Shown piece by piece: positions 17,508 to 26,573 of a stretch of 32,000 nt of DNA (positions are counted from its first letter, which is position 1; the number at the start of each line of letters is the position of its first letter). Below the pieces are notes generated by a model. That model had not been told where the DNA came from. It saw only the letters and a program-made list of their open reading frames with translations, and searched no databases. The stretch comes from Longivirga aurantiaca (lineage in GTDB: Bacteria > Actinomycetota > Actinomycetes > S36-B12 > CAIYMF01): NCBI RefSeq assembly GCF_042660085.1, contig NZ_JBHSTI010000002.1, positions 120,001-152,000 of the forward strand, read 5' to 3'. The position numbers were made by a program, and so were the translations under genes.

Positions 17508-17543
17508 TTGCGTTCGTACATGTGTACTATTACACTCCTCGCA
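17508..17543 (+). promoter_or_regulatory. Putative leaderless promoter (TTGCGT-17-TACACT) with an SOS-box-like operator in the spacer
   Basis: TTGCGT 17508-17513, TACACT 17531-17536, ATG at 17543. CGTACATGTGTACT dyad centred in the spacer. Confidence 0.45.
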
Positions 17544-19087
17544 TGGACCTGACCCGCGTCGATGTGATCCCCGCCCCGGCGGGGGTCCCGGTGTCGTACG
17601 TGGAGTCGCAGTGGCACCGCATCTCCGCCGAGCTGGAGGCCGACCGCGCGTTGACGCGCCTGGCGGGCATGCTCGACCGCGACCCCTGCTGGGACGACCT
17701 GCGGACGTTGGCGGGCGTGCGGGACGTGCCGCTGGACCAGGCCGGGCGGTTGATGCGCCTGATGGCGACCCAGCGGGTGTCGAGCTTCCTGAGCGGTCAG
17801 ACGGTCCTGGGCATCGTCGAGATCGCTGACGAGGGCGAGGCCCCCGAGGCGATGGACGAGCGCACCGCCCGGCACGAGGTCGGGCTGGCACTGGGCCGAT
17901 CCAAGGACCAGGCCGCGTTCCTCATCACCACCTACACGCGGCTGGTGCAGGAGTTCCCCGACTTCGTCACCGCGCTCACCGCCGGCCGGATCACCCTCGG
18001 ACACTGCTACGTCCTGCACGAGGAGACCGTGGTCGTCACCGACCCAGCCGCCCTGGCCCGGATCGCGGGCAAGGCCCTCCCGCTCGCGCAGGCGCAGTCC
18101 GCCACCCGGTTCCGCACCGCGCTGCGCCGCCTGATCCAGCGCCACGACCCCAACGCCGCCGAGCGCCGCCGCCAGGCCCGCCTCGCGCGCCGGGTCACCT
18201 ACTCCAACCTCGGCGACGGCGTCTCCTCGATGACCGTGGTCGCGCGCACCGAGGACGTCGAGGCGATGCGCGAGAGCATCGACGACGCCGCCATCTCCCT
18301 CATCACCGCCGACCGCGCCGCCGCCGACGCCGAAGCAGCTGCAGCGAGTGACACTGGAAGTGACGCCGGGCAGGGCGCCACGCAGTCACGCCCCCGCCTG
18401 ACCACCGCGCAGGCCCGCTCCGACGCCGTCGTGGCCGCGCTGCTCGGGGAGGTCGACGACGACGGCATCGTCACCTACGCCCCGCGCGAGCACCGCCAGA
18501 GCCGCCTCGAGCTCGTCATCGACGTCGCCACCGCCGCCGGCATCAAGGACAACCTCGCCCGCCTGGGCACTGACCCGATCTGCGCCGGCGTCGCCCGCGC
18601 CCTCATGGTCGACGTCGAGGTGATCGCCCGCGCCCTGGTCGCCGACGGCACCGCCCACCTGCTCGACCTCGGCCAGGACACCTACCTCTCGGCCAAGCAG
18701 CGCGCCCACATCCGCACCCGCGACCGCGCCACCTGCCGCTGCTGCGGGCGACGCGCCACCCGAGGCGAGATGGACCACCTCGTCGAGTTCCTGCGCGGCG
18801 GCCCCTCCGCCCCCTGGAACGAATGGTGGCTCTGCCGCGAATGCCACCAACGCAAGACCGCCGGCCAGCTCGACGTCGACGGACGCACCGACCACGCCGT
18901 GCAGATCACCACCCCGCACGGGATCGTCTACTGCTCCACCCCACCGCCCTACCTCGACGACCCCGACCGCGACTCCGTCCTCGCCGCCCGAACCACACCC
19001 GTCCGGTTCGTCCTGCCCCCACGCAGACGACCCCGACCCGCACCCACCCCCGCACCCGACCCTGCCGACGACACCCCACCCTTCTGA
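17543..19087 (+). CDS. DUF222/HNH endonuclease signature protein (13E12-repeat-like)
   Basis: N-terminal [18 protein letters not shown]...[18 protein letters not shown]; C-terminal [27 protein letters not shown]...[14 protein letters not shown]. Confidence 0.87.
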   Translation: MDLTRVDVIPAPAGVPVSYVESQWHRISAELEADRALTRLAGMLDRDPCWDDLRTLAGVRDVPLDQAGRLMRLMATQRVSSFLSGQTVLGIVEIADEGEAPEAMDERTARHEVGLALGRSKDQAAFLITTYTRLVQEFPDFVTALTAGRITLGHCYVLHEETVVVTDPAALARIAGKALPLAQAQSATRFRTALRRLIQRHDPNAAERRRQARLARRVTYSNLGDGVSSMTVVARTEDVEAMRESIDDAAISLITADRAAADAEAAAASDTGSDAGQGATQSRPRLTTAQARSDAVVAALLGEVDDDGIVTYAPREHRQSRLELVIDVATAAGIKDNLARLGTDPICAGVARALMVDVEVIARALVADGTAHLLDLGQDTYLSAKQRAHIRTRDRATCRCCGRRATRGEMDHLVEFLRGGPSAPWNEWWLCRECHQRKTAGQLDVDGRTDHAVQITTPHGIVYCSTPPPYLDDPDRDSVLAARTTPVRFVLPPRRRPRPAPTPAPDPADDTPPF

Positions 19088-19209
19088 CCACCCCGCCCCG
19101 CAGCCCCCACCCACCCGGTGAGGGCCCCGAGGCATGTCCGGAGCCGGATGCCACTGGATGTGCGCGCCCCGGAAGGCGCGGGCGGGCGGGATGCGGCCAG
19201 AATGACGGC

Positions 19210-20055
19210 ATGAGCGAGCAGGCAACGGCATCCGGCGGCATCGAGTGGGTCGCGAGCGGCGACTACACCGACATCCTCTACGCGACCGCCGAGGGCATCG
19301 CGAAGATCACCATCAACCGGCCCGAGGTCCACAACGCCTTCCGGCCCGAGACGATCATGGAGATCTCGCACGCCATCGAGGCCGCGCGCCAGGACAGCAC
19401 CGTCGGCGTCATCATCCTGACCGGCGCGGGCGGCAAGGCGTTCTGCTCGGGCGGCGACCAGCGGGTGCGCGGCGACGCCGGCTACGAGTCGGACGAGGGC
19501 CAGGTCGGCCGCTTCCACGTCACCGACCTGCAGGTGCAGATGCGCCGCTGTCCCAAGCCGATCGTCGCGATGGTCGCCGGCTGGGCGATCGGCGGCGGCC
19601 ACGTGCTGCAGGTGGTCTGCGACCTCACCATCGCGGCCGACAACGCGCGCTTCGGTCAGACCGGCCCCAAGGTCGGCTCGTTCGACGGCGGCTTCGGTGC
19701 CGCGGTGCTGTCGGACCTCGTCGGCCCGAAGAAGGCCAAGGAGATCTGGTTCCTCTGCCGCCAGTACGACGCCCAGCAGGCGCTCGACATGGGCCTCGTC
19801 AACACGGTCGTGCCGCTCGACGAGCTCGAGGCGACGACCGTGCAGTGGTGCAAGGAGATGCTGCAGCAGTCGCCGTTCGCGCTCCGCCTGCTGAAGGCGA
19901 GCTTCCACGCGGCCGAGGACGGGTACGCCGGCATCCAGCAGCTCGCGCACGACACCAACCTGCTGTTCTACGGGTCGGCCGAGGCGCGCGAGGGCCGCGA
20001 GGCCTTCAAGGCCAAGCGAACCCCCGACTTCGACCAGTTCTCGCGCCGCTCCTGA
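19210..20055 (+). CDS. menB: 1,4-dihydroxy-2-naphthoyl-CoA synthase
   Basis: [75 protein letters not shown] ending: characteristic MenB blocks. Confidence 0.88.
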   Translation: MSEQATASGGIEWVASGDYTDILYATAEGIAKITINRPEVHNAFRPETIMEISHAIEAARQDSTVGVIILTGAGGKAFCSGGDQRVRGDAGYESDEGQVGRFHVTDLQVQMRRCPKPIVAMVAGWAIGGGHVLQVVCDLTIAADNARFGQTGPKVGSFDGGFGAAVLSDLVGPKKAKEIWFLCRQYDAQQALDMGLVNTVVPLDELEATTVQWCKEMLQQSPFALRLLKASFHAAEDGYAGIQQLAHDTNLLFYGSAEAREGREAFKAKRTPDFDQFSRRS

Positions 20056-20064
20056 CCGAGCCCG

Positions 20065-21447
20065 CTACGCCACCGGCTCGAACACCGCGGTGAAGTGCCG
20101 GAGGGTCGGCGGCTCCTCGACGATGCGGTAGCCGGTCAGCCGGTCCGCATGCGCGGCCACGTGGCGGCACGCCTCGATGACGTAGTCCATGTGGCTCTGC
20201 GTGTAGGTGCGGCGCGGGATCGCGAGGCGCACCAGGTCGCGTGCTGCGGGCACCTCGCTGCCGTCGGGCTGTCGGCCGAACATCGCGGTGCCGATCTCGC
20301 AGGTGCGTACGCCGCCGGCCTCGTAGAGCGCGACGGCGAGCGACTGGCCGGGGTACTGCAGCGGCGGGATGCCCGGCAGCATCGCGCGTGCGTCGATGTA
20401 GACCGCGTGGCCGCCGATCGGCGTCACCACCGGGATTCCCGCGTCGCGCAACGACTCTCCGAGGTACGCGGTCGAGCGGATGCGGTAGCGCAGGTAGTCG
20501 TGGTGCACGACCTCGCGCAGGCCCTGCGCGAGCGCCTCGAGGTCGCGGCCCGCAAGACCGCCGTACGTCGGGAAGCCCTCGGTCAGCACGAGCAGGTCGC
20601 GGCACCGCCGCGCGAGGTCGTCGTCGTCCATCGCGAGCCAGCCGCCGATGTTGCCCATCGGGTCCTTCTTCGCGCTCATCGTCATGCCGTCGGCGAGACC
20701 GGCGATCTCGCGCACGATGTCGGGCACCTCGCGGTCGGCGTGGCCGGGCTCGTACTCGCGGATGAACCACGCGTTCTCGGCGAAGCGGCACGCGTCGAGG
20801 AACAGCGGCTTGCCGTGCCGGTCGCAGATGTCGCGGACGGCGTGCAGGTTGGCGAGCGACACCGGCTGACCGCCGCCGCTGTTGTTGGTGATCGTCATCA
20901 TCACGAGCGGCACGTCGTCGCCGCGCTCCTGCAGCAGCGCCTCGAGGGCCTCGAGGTCCATGTCGCCCTTGAAGGCGTACGTCGAGATCGCGTCGAGCGC
21001 GGCGCCGCAGACGAGGTCGAGCGCCAGGGCGCCGGTGTACTCGACGTTGGCGCGCGTGGTGTCGAAGTGCGTGTTGTTGGGCACCACCTTGCCCGCGCCT
21101 CCGAGGACGCTGAAGAGGATGCGCTCGGCCGCGCGGCCCTGGTGCGTCGGGATCACGTGCTCGAACGGGAACAGCTCGCGGACGGCGTCGCGGAAGATGA
21201 AGTACGACGGCGACCCGGCGTACGACTCGTCGCCGTGCTGCAGCGCGGCCCACTGGTCGCGGCTCATCGCGCCGGTGCCCGAGTCCGTGAGCAGGTCGAC
21301 GATGACGTCCTGCGCGTGCACCTGGAAGAGGTTGTAGCCCGCGGAGCGCACGGCGGCCCGGCGCTGCTCGGGCGTGGTCATCCGCAGTGGCTCCACCGAG
21401 TGGATGCGGAAGGGCTCGATGATGGTGCGGAACTCGGGTGCGTCCAT
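20065..21447 (-). CDS. tnaA: Tryptophanase (beta-eliminating lyase family)
   Basis: PLP-Lys region MTMSAKKDPMGNIGGW, EGFPTYGGLAGRD, AGGxxxCEIG, LRHFTAVF. Specificity positions match tryptophanase rather than tyrosine phenol-lyase. Confidence 0.85.
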   Translation of the reverse strand: MDAPEFRTIIEPFRIHSVEPLRMTTPEQRRAAVRSAGYNLFQVHAQDVIVDLLTDSGTGAMSRDQWAALQHGDESYAGSPSYFIFRDAVRELFPFEHVIPTHQGRAAERILFSVLGGAGKVVPNNTHFDTTRANVEYTGALALDLVCGAALDAISTYAFKGDMDLEALEALLQERGDDVPLVMMTITNNSGGGQPVSLANLHAVRDICDRHGKPLFLDACRFAENAWFIREYEPGHADREVPDIVREIAGLADGMTMSAKKDPMGNIGGWLAMDDDDLARRCRDLLVLTEGFPTYGGLAGRDLEALAQGLREVVHHDYLRYRIRSTAYLGESLRDAGIPVVTPIGGHAVYIDARAMLPGIPPLQYPGQSLAVALYEAGGVRTCEIGTAMFGRQPDGSEVPAARDLVRLAIPRRTYTQSHMDYVIEACRHVAAHADRLTGYRIVEEPPTLRHFTAVFEPVA

Positions 21448-21522
21448 GGCTCCAGCGTGGCCGTCGCGCGGCCCTGCCGGAATGGTGTGCGTCAGGGGAT
21501 CGGACCTGTCAGCCTGCTGATC

Positions 21523-21550
21523 GTGAGGCGATTCGCGCCTTCAGGCTCAC
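21523..21550. promoter_or_regulatory. Imperfect inverted repeat, candidate operator between tnaA and the AsnC-type regulator
   Basis: GTGAGGCGATTCGCGCCTTCAGGCTCAC: outer GTGAG/CTCAC, inner AGGCG-attcg-CGCCT. Confidence 0.3.
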
Positions 21551-21566
21551 GGACGGAAGACGGCCC

Positions 21567-22001
21567 ATGGACCGCACCGACTGGCACATCCTCGGCGAGC
21601 TGCAGGCCGACGCCCGGCTGTCGATCAACGAGCTCGGGCGGCGGGTGAGCCTGTCGGCGCCGTCGACGGGCGACCGCGTGCGCCGGCTGCAGGACTCCGG
21701 GGTGGTCACCGGCTACCACGCGCACGTGGACCCGGCGTCGGTCGGTCGCAGCGTGCGCGCCTTCGTGCGGATGCAGTGCTACGGCCCCACCTGCGTGCTG
21801 CGCGACCCGGCGGTCGCGGCATGGCCGGAGGTGCTGACCATGCACCGCGTCACCGGCGTCGACTGCACGGTGATGCTCGTGGCCGTCGACGACATCACCG
21901 CGTTCCAGGCGCTGCTCGACCGCCTCGCCGACTACGGGCGCCCGGAGAGCAGCATGGTGCTCGAGGACGTCGTCGCCTGGGCTCCCGTCCGCCCGCTGTG
22001 A
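21567..22001 (+). CDS. Lrp/AsnC family transcriptional regulator
   Basis: MDRTDWHILGELQADARLSINELGRRVSLSAPSTGDRVRRLQDSGVVTGYHAHVDP HTH plus ligand-binding-like C-terminus. Confidence 0.9.
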   Translation: MDRTDWHILGELQADARLSINELGRRVSLSAPSTGDRVRRLQDSGVVTGYHAHVDPASVGRSVRAFVRMQCYGPTCVLRDPAVAAWPEVLTMHRVTGVDCTVMLVAVDDITAFQALLDRLADYGRPESSMVLEDVVAWAPVRPL

Positions 22002-22040
22002 GCCGATCGGCATGATGGGCCACGACCCGGAGGGACGACG

Positions 22041-22985
22041 ATGAGCGATCGATCCGACCGCGTGACCCTGCGGTTCCTGGCGGCACCTACCGACCTCGGC
22101 TACTCCGGCACCGTCGATGCCGGTCGCGTGCTCGAGTGGATCGACAAGGCGGGCTACGCCCTCGCCGCGCAGTGGAGCGGCAGGTACTGCGTCACGGCGT
22201 ACGTCGGCAACGTGCACTTCTCGCGCCCGGTGCTCGTCGGCCAGCTCGTCGAGGCGACCGCGCGGATCATCCACACCGGGCGCAGCAGCATGCACATCGA
22301 GGTGTCGGTGACCTCGCACGACCCTCGTGGCGGCGAGCCGGTCGAGGCGACGAGCTGCCTCATCATCTTCGTGGCCGTCGGCGACGACGGCCGCTCGGTC
22401 GAGGTGCCCGTGTGGACGCCGTCGACCGAGCACGACGTCGAGGCGCAGCAGGGCGCCGTACGCCGGATCGACCTGCGGGCCGCGATCGAGGCCGCGATGG
22501 CCGAGCAGCACTACACGTCGGCCGGCACCGCGCCGCGCGAGGTGCTGCGCTTCCTCGCCGCACCCACCGACGTGAACTGGGGCGGCAAGGTGCACGGCGG
22601 CATCGTCATGCGCTGGATCGACGAGGCCGCGCACGTGGTGGCCTCGCGGTGGACCGGCTCGACGCACAACGTCGCGGTCTACTCCGGCGGCATCCGCTTC
22701 TACCAGCCGCTGTTCATCGGCGACCTGGTTGAGGTAGAGGCCCGCCTCCTGCACACCGGCACGTCAAGCATGCACATCAGCGTGCACGTGCGCTCGGGCG
22801 ACCCGAAGGACGGCGAGCTGCGGCTCACCACGCACTGCCTCACCGTCTTCGTCGCGCTCGACGACGACGGCGCCGCTGTGCAGGTTCGCGCGTGGGTGCC
22901 GGCGAGCGACGAGGACCGCGCGCTGGCGGCGCATGCCCTCGACCTCGTCGCCCTGCGCAGCGCCGTCGACCGCTCCACGATCTGA
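22041..22985 (+). CDS. Tandem (double) hotdog acyl-CoA thioesterase family protein
   Basis: Two homologous halves: RFLAAPTDLGYSGTVDAGRVLEWIDKAGY... and RFLAAPTDVNWGGKVHGGIVMRWIDEAAH..., each followed by SSMHI. Confidence 0.85.
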   Translation: MSDRSDRVTLRFLAAPTDLGYSGTVDAGRVLEWIDKAGYALAAQWSGRYCVTAYVGNVHFSRPVLVGQLVEATARIIHTGRSSMHIEVSVTSHDPRGGEPVEATSCLIIFVAVGDDGRSVEVPVWTPSTEHDVEAQQGAVRRIDLRAAIEAAMAEQHYTSAGTAPREVLRFLAAPTDVNWGGKVHGGIVMRWIDEAAHVVASRWTGSTHNVAVYSGGIRFYQPLFIGDLVEVEARLLHTGTSSMHISVHVRSGDPKDGELRLTTHCLTVFVALDDDGAAVQVRAWVPASDEDRALAAHALDLVALRSAVDRSTI

Positions 22986-22988
22986 GTC

Positions 22989-23327
22989 TCAGCCCCAGAA
23001 TAGCGCGGTGGGGTCGCGATCGATCTCGTCCAGCAGGTCGGCGACGGTCGATGTCGGTGACGAGTACGGATAGAGGTGGAAGGCCTCGTGCTGGTCGCAC
23101 CAGTACAACGACCACAGGCCGGTTGACTTCGTGTACCTGAGACGAGCGATGGGGGACCGCGTCCATTCGCCGTCACCCCGCCATGGTGGCCGGCACTCGA
23201 CGAGCGTGATGTGTCGGGGAGCGACGTCGCACTCGACCGTCACCTGATCCTGCATCTCGGCTGGCACGCGCTGCTCGCACCAACGTCGCACGCGGACGAC
23301 GTCAAGCTCCGGGAGACCACCAGGCAT
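22989..23327 (-). CDS. DUF3024 domain-containing protein
   Basis: LPELDVVRVRRWCEQRVP...VTVECDVAPRHITLVECRPPWR...TRSPIARLRYTKSTGLWSLYWCDQHEAFHLY; the ATG at 23325-23327 gives 112 aa. Confidence 0.75.
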   Translation of the reverse strand: MPGGLPELDVVRVRRWCEQRVPAEMQDQVTVECDVAPRHITLVECRPPWRGDGEWTRSPIARLRYTKSTGLWSLYWCDQHEAFHLYPYSSPTSTVADLLDEIDRDPTALFWG

Positions 23328-23353
23328 ACGCCGAGCCTGGCACACGCGAGCGG

Positions 23354-23767
23354 TCACGCGGCGATGGCGCGGCTGCCGTCGAGGGTGACCACGTGGGCGC
23401 TGCTCAGCGTCCAACCGGTGCCGGCGATGGCCGCCTGGGTCGCTGCGATCCAGGCGTGGTCGTCGGGGGTCGGCGTCAGGCCACGCGCGCGGGCGGCTGC
23501 GACGATCACCGTGCCGCCCTCCAGGTCGGCTAGGCCTTCGCGCATCGCGTCGAAGAAGGCACGGACTGTCTGCGGGTCGCACGGGCCCGGGTCCGGCCCG
23601 ATCACGCACGGCTGTACGAGCCGGACGTCGGAGTCGCACGCCAGGACGACGAACGACTCGTCGACGCGGTCGTGATGGCCGACGACGAGGTCCAGCACGT
23701 CGGCGAGCAGCTGCGGCTCGGTGAGGGGAAGGGTGGGCCAGTTGTCGGGGAGGTCCTCGAAGGTCAT
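23354..23767 (-). CDS. Hypothetical protein
   Basis: 137-aa ORF with acceptable composition; no family recognised. Confidence 0.6.
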   Translation of the reverse strand: MTFEDLPDNWPTLPLTEPQLLADVLDLVVGHHDRVDESFVVLACDSDVRLVQPCVIGPDPGPCDPQTVRAFFDAMREGLADLEGGTVIVAAARARGLTPTPDDHAWIAATQAAIAGTGWTLSSAHVVTLDGSRAIAA

Positions 23768-23934
23768 GGCGGGAGGGTGCCCGAGCGGGCGATGAGTGCG
23801 CGGACGTCATCCACAGGCACGGGTCTCGTCGTCCGTCGGGCTGACGGGCTGACCACCGGAAGTACGACGTCGGCGGCGCAACGCCCGGCCCGCGGACCGA
23901 TGGCATACGTCGGCGCCGTGCCTACGGTCGAGGG

Positions 23935-24660
23935 ATGCCTCAGAACGACGCGGGCGACAACCTGCGCACCAGCCTGTCCAGACTCCTCACGTCCGGCACT
24001 GACACCAACCCCGCGCTCAACGCGCTGCTGGCCGACTACACGTCGTACCACCGGGTGCTCGCGATCGTGGGCGGCGCGTTCCTGCTCGCCCTCACCACGC
24101 TCAGCGTGATGCTGTGGGGGCGGTTCCGGCGCTCACGCACGCCCGGTCGGGGCTGGAGCTTCGAACGCCGCACGTACTTCGGGCTGGGGCTCGTCGCATT
24201 CGGCGCCGCGCTGTTCCTGGGGCTCGTCGTCGCGGCGAACGTCAGCACCGTCCTCGACCCGCGGCACGGGTTCGGCGGAGCGATGGGCCTGCTCGGTACG
24301 CCGAGGGCCGGGACGTCGGCTGCGCAGCTGCAGGACGCATTCGCGACGTGGCTGCAGTCGGGTGCGCCCTCAGTGCCGCCGGAGGTCACCCGGGCGATCG
24401 ACGAACGGCTCGCGTGGCAGCGGCCGAAGGCGATCATCACCAGCACGCTGCTGCTGGGGTTCGTGGCTGTCTCGGCGGTGACGTGGCGCTCCCTTATCCG
24501 GCGCTCGCACGGTCGAACGGGGAGGCGCTCGCTGCGCGGGTGGGGCCTGCTCGGCGCGGGCGTGTTGTCGGTCGCCGTCGGCCTGGTGCTGATGCTCATG
24601 GTGCTCGGCAACACCCAGGGCTCGCTGGCGCCGCTGTCGCTCACCCTCTTCTTCGGGTAG
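23935..24660 (+). CDS. Membrane protein, four predicted TM segments, unknown function
   Basis: Hydrophobic segments VLAIVGGAFLLALTTLSVMLW, FGLGLVAFGAALFLGLVVAA, IITSTLLLGFVAVSAVTW, GLLGAGVLSVAVGLVLMLMVLG. Confidence 0.75.
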   Translation: MPQNDAGDNLRTSLSRLLTSGTDTNPALNALLADYTSYHRVLAIVGGAFLLALTTLSVMLWGRFRRSRTPGRGWSFERRTYFGLGLVAFGAALFLGLVVAANVSTVLDPRHGFGGAMGLLGTPRAGTSAAQLQDAFATWLQSGAPSVPPEVTRAIDERLAWQRPKAIITSTLLLGFVAVSAVTWRSLIRRSHGRTGRRSLRGWGLLGAGVLSVAVGLVLMLMVLGNTQGSLAPLSLTLFFG

Positions 24661-24674
24661 CGATCGCACCGTGG

Positions 24675-25277
24675 TTAGAGGGTGAGCCGCCCACGCTCGA
24701 GCCCCAGCTCCAGCTCGGCGGACCGGCGCATCCAGCGCTCGGCGTCGGCGGGGCTGATCGCGCCGCGGTGCGCGACACCCTGAAGGGCGAGGCCGTCGAG
24801 CATCGAGAGGAGGCGCCACGCGGCCGCGTCCGGCTCGTCGCACCTCATGGACCCGTCGGCGACCCCGTCGCGGATGAGCTCGACGAGCAGCGCGTGCCAC
24901 TCCTCGTTGAGGCGGCGCGAGGTCTGCTGCAGGGCCGGACGTCGTACGGCGTCGGCCCAGGCGTCGAGCCAGAGCTGCATGGCGACGTCGTCGTCGCCGC
25001 GCGAGTAGGTCGCGAGGAACTGCTGGAGACGGTCCATCGGTTCTGGACCGACCAGGGCGGCGCGAACCGCGCGCAGGTCGTCGCCCGCCGCGCGCTCGAA
25101 GGCGTCGGCGAGCAGGTCGTCCATCGATGCGTAGTAGTGGTGGACCAGCCCGCTCGAGGTGCCCATCTCGGCAGCGACGTCGCGCACCGTGGTCGCGGCG
25201 ATCCCGTGGCGCTGCATCACGGCCAGCGCGGCGTCGACGATCGCCGTACGACGCCGGTCGGGCGACATCCTGGCCAT
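24675..25277 (-). CDS. TetR/AcrR family transcriptional regulator
   Basis: RRTAIVDAALAVMQRHGIAATTVRDVAAEMGTSSGLVHHYYASMDDLLADAF. Confidence 0.92.
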   Translation of the reverse strand: MARMSPDRRRTAIVDAALAVMQRHGIAATTVRDVAAEMGTSSGLVHHYYASMDDLLADAFERAAGDDLRAVRAALVGPEPMDRLQQFLATYSRGDDDVAMQLWLDAWADAVRRPALQQTSRRLNEEWHALLVELIRDGVADGSMRCDEPDAAAWRLLSMLDGLALQGVAHRGAISPADAERWMRRSAELELGLERGRLTL

Positions 25278-25372
25278 GACAGGAGGTTACGCCTATTGCG
25301 CGTCTGTCCAACAACAACCTAGGGTCTGGTCACCGTGCCGGACTCCGTCGGCACCGCGAACGGAGCATCCCG

Positions 25373-26572
25373 ATGGTCCTCACGACGCCGTTCCATCCGC
25401 GTCTCGTCGAGCTCAACGAGTCGCAGCTCTGGCAGCACTGGGCCGGCTACCTCTCCGCCGACCGCTTCGACCTGTCGGCGCGGCAGGAGCACACCGTGCT
25501 GCGCAACGCTGCCGGGTGGTTCGACACGTCGCCCCTCAACAAGTACGCGATCCGCGGCCGCGACGCCGAGCGGTTCCTCGCCGGCGTGTTCGTGCGCGAC
25601 ATCCGCACCTGCCGGCCGGGCCGGGCCCAGTACACGGTCTGGTGCGACGACCGGGGGCACGTGCTCGAGGACGGCGTCGTCTTCCGCCACGCATCCGACG
25701 ACTTCCTCCTGACGGCCGCGAAGCCGAACGCGGGCTACCTGTCGTCGCTGATCGGCAGGCTCGACGTCGAGGTGGTCGACGTGTCGACGCAGTGGGCGTC
25801 GGTCGCCGTGCAGGGGCCGAAGTCGCGCGAGATCCTCGCAACCCTCGCGCCCGACGTGCTCGACCTGTCGTTCTTCGCCATGACCCCGGCGAAGGTGGCG
25901 GACGTCCCCGTCACCATCAGCCGCACCGGGTTCACCGGCGACCTCGGCTTCGAGGTGATGATCCCGGCCGACGCAGCGCTCGCCGTCCTCGACGCGATCG
26001 TCGCCGCGGGGGCCCCCTACGGCATGAAGCCGTTCGGGAACGTCGCCCTCGACATGGCGCGCATCGAGGCCGGGCTGCCGCTCTACGGGAAGGAGTTCAC
26101 CTCGGCCCGTTACGCCTACACGGACCACGACCGGTTCACGCCGCAGGAGCTCGGCCTGGGCTGGCTGGTGAAGAACCTGGACGACGACTCCCGCCCCTTC
26201 GTCGGGCGACGGGCCCTGCAGCGCGAAGCGGCCGAGGGCTCCGCGCGCTGGTCCACCGTCGGCATCGTCGTCGACTGGAGGGCGTACCACGACACCTTCG
26301 AGGCCGCCGGTCTCGTGCCGCCCAAGGACCCGGAGCCGGTGGGCTGGGAGACGATGCTGTACGACGACGAGCGCGAGCGCGCCGGCTACGCGACGAGCTT
26401 CATGTACTCGCCGATGATGCAGGGCCACATCGGCATCGCACGAGTGCGGCCCGAGCTCGCCGCGGTGGGCACCACGGTGCACGTCGAGACGTCGGTCAAC
26501 CACCGCTACGTGAACGTCCCGGCACGCGTGACCACGCTGCCCTTCTTCAAGCCCGAGCGGAAGGTCGCCTGA
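25373..26572 (+). CDS. Aminomethyltransferase (GcvT-fold) family protein, possibly a THF-dependent demethylase-like enzyme
   Basis: GWFDTSPLNKYAIRGRDAERFLAGVFVRDI, VAVQGPKSREIL, RTGFTGDLGFEVMIP, MKPFGNVALDMARIEAGLPLYGKEF. Confidence 0.85.
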   Translation: MVLTTPFHPRLVELNESQLWQHWAGYLSADRFDLSARQEHTVLRNAAGWFDTSPLNKYAIRGRDAERFLAGVFVRDIRTCRPGRAQYTVWCDDRGHVLEDGVVFRHASDDFLLTAAKPNAGYLSSLIGRLDVEVVDVSTQWASVAVQGPKSREILATLAPDVLDLSFFAMTPAKVADVPVTISRTGFTGDLGFEVMIPADAALAVLDAIVAAGAPYGMKPFGNVALDMARIEAGLPLYGKEFTSARYAYTDHDRFTPQELGLGWLVKNLDDDSRPFVGRRALQREAAEGSARWSTVGIVVDWRAYHDTFEAAGLVPPKDPEPVGWETMLYDDERERAGYATSFMYSPMMQGHIGIARVRPELAAVGTTVHVETSVNHRYVNVPARVTTLPFFKPERKVA

Positions 26573-26573
26573 C

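Noticed and set aside
17522-19087. DUF222/HNH gene as a group II intron, intein or transposon component
   Set aside because: No reverse transcriptase, splice-site-like motifs or terminal inverted repeats found; the protein looks like an ordinary 13E12-type family member.
25284-25320. AGGTT...AACCT inverted repeat in the TetR/GcvT-like intergenic region as TetR operator
   Set aside because: Arms are only 5 bp with a long spacer; too weak to claim without comparative data.
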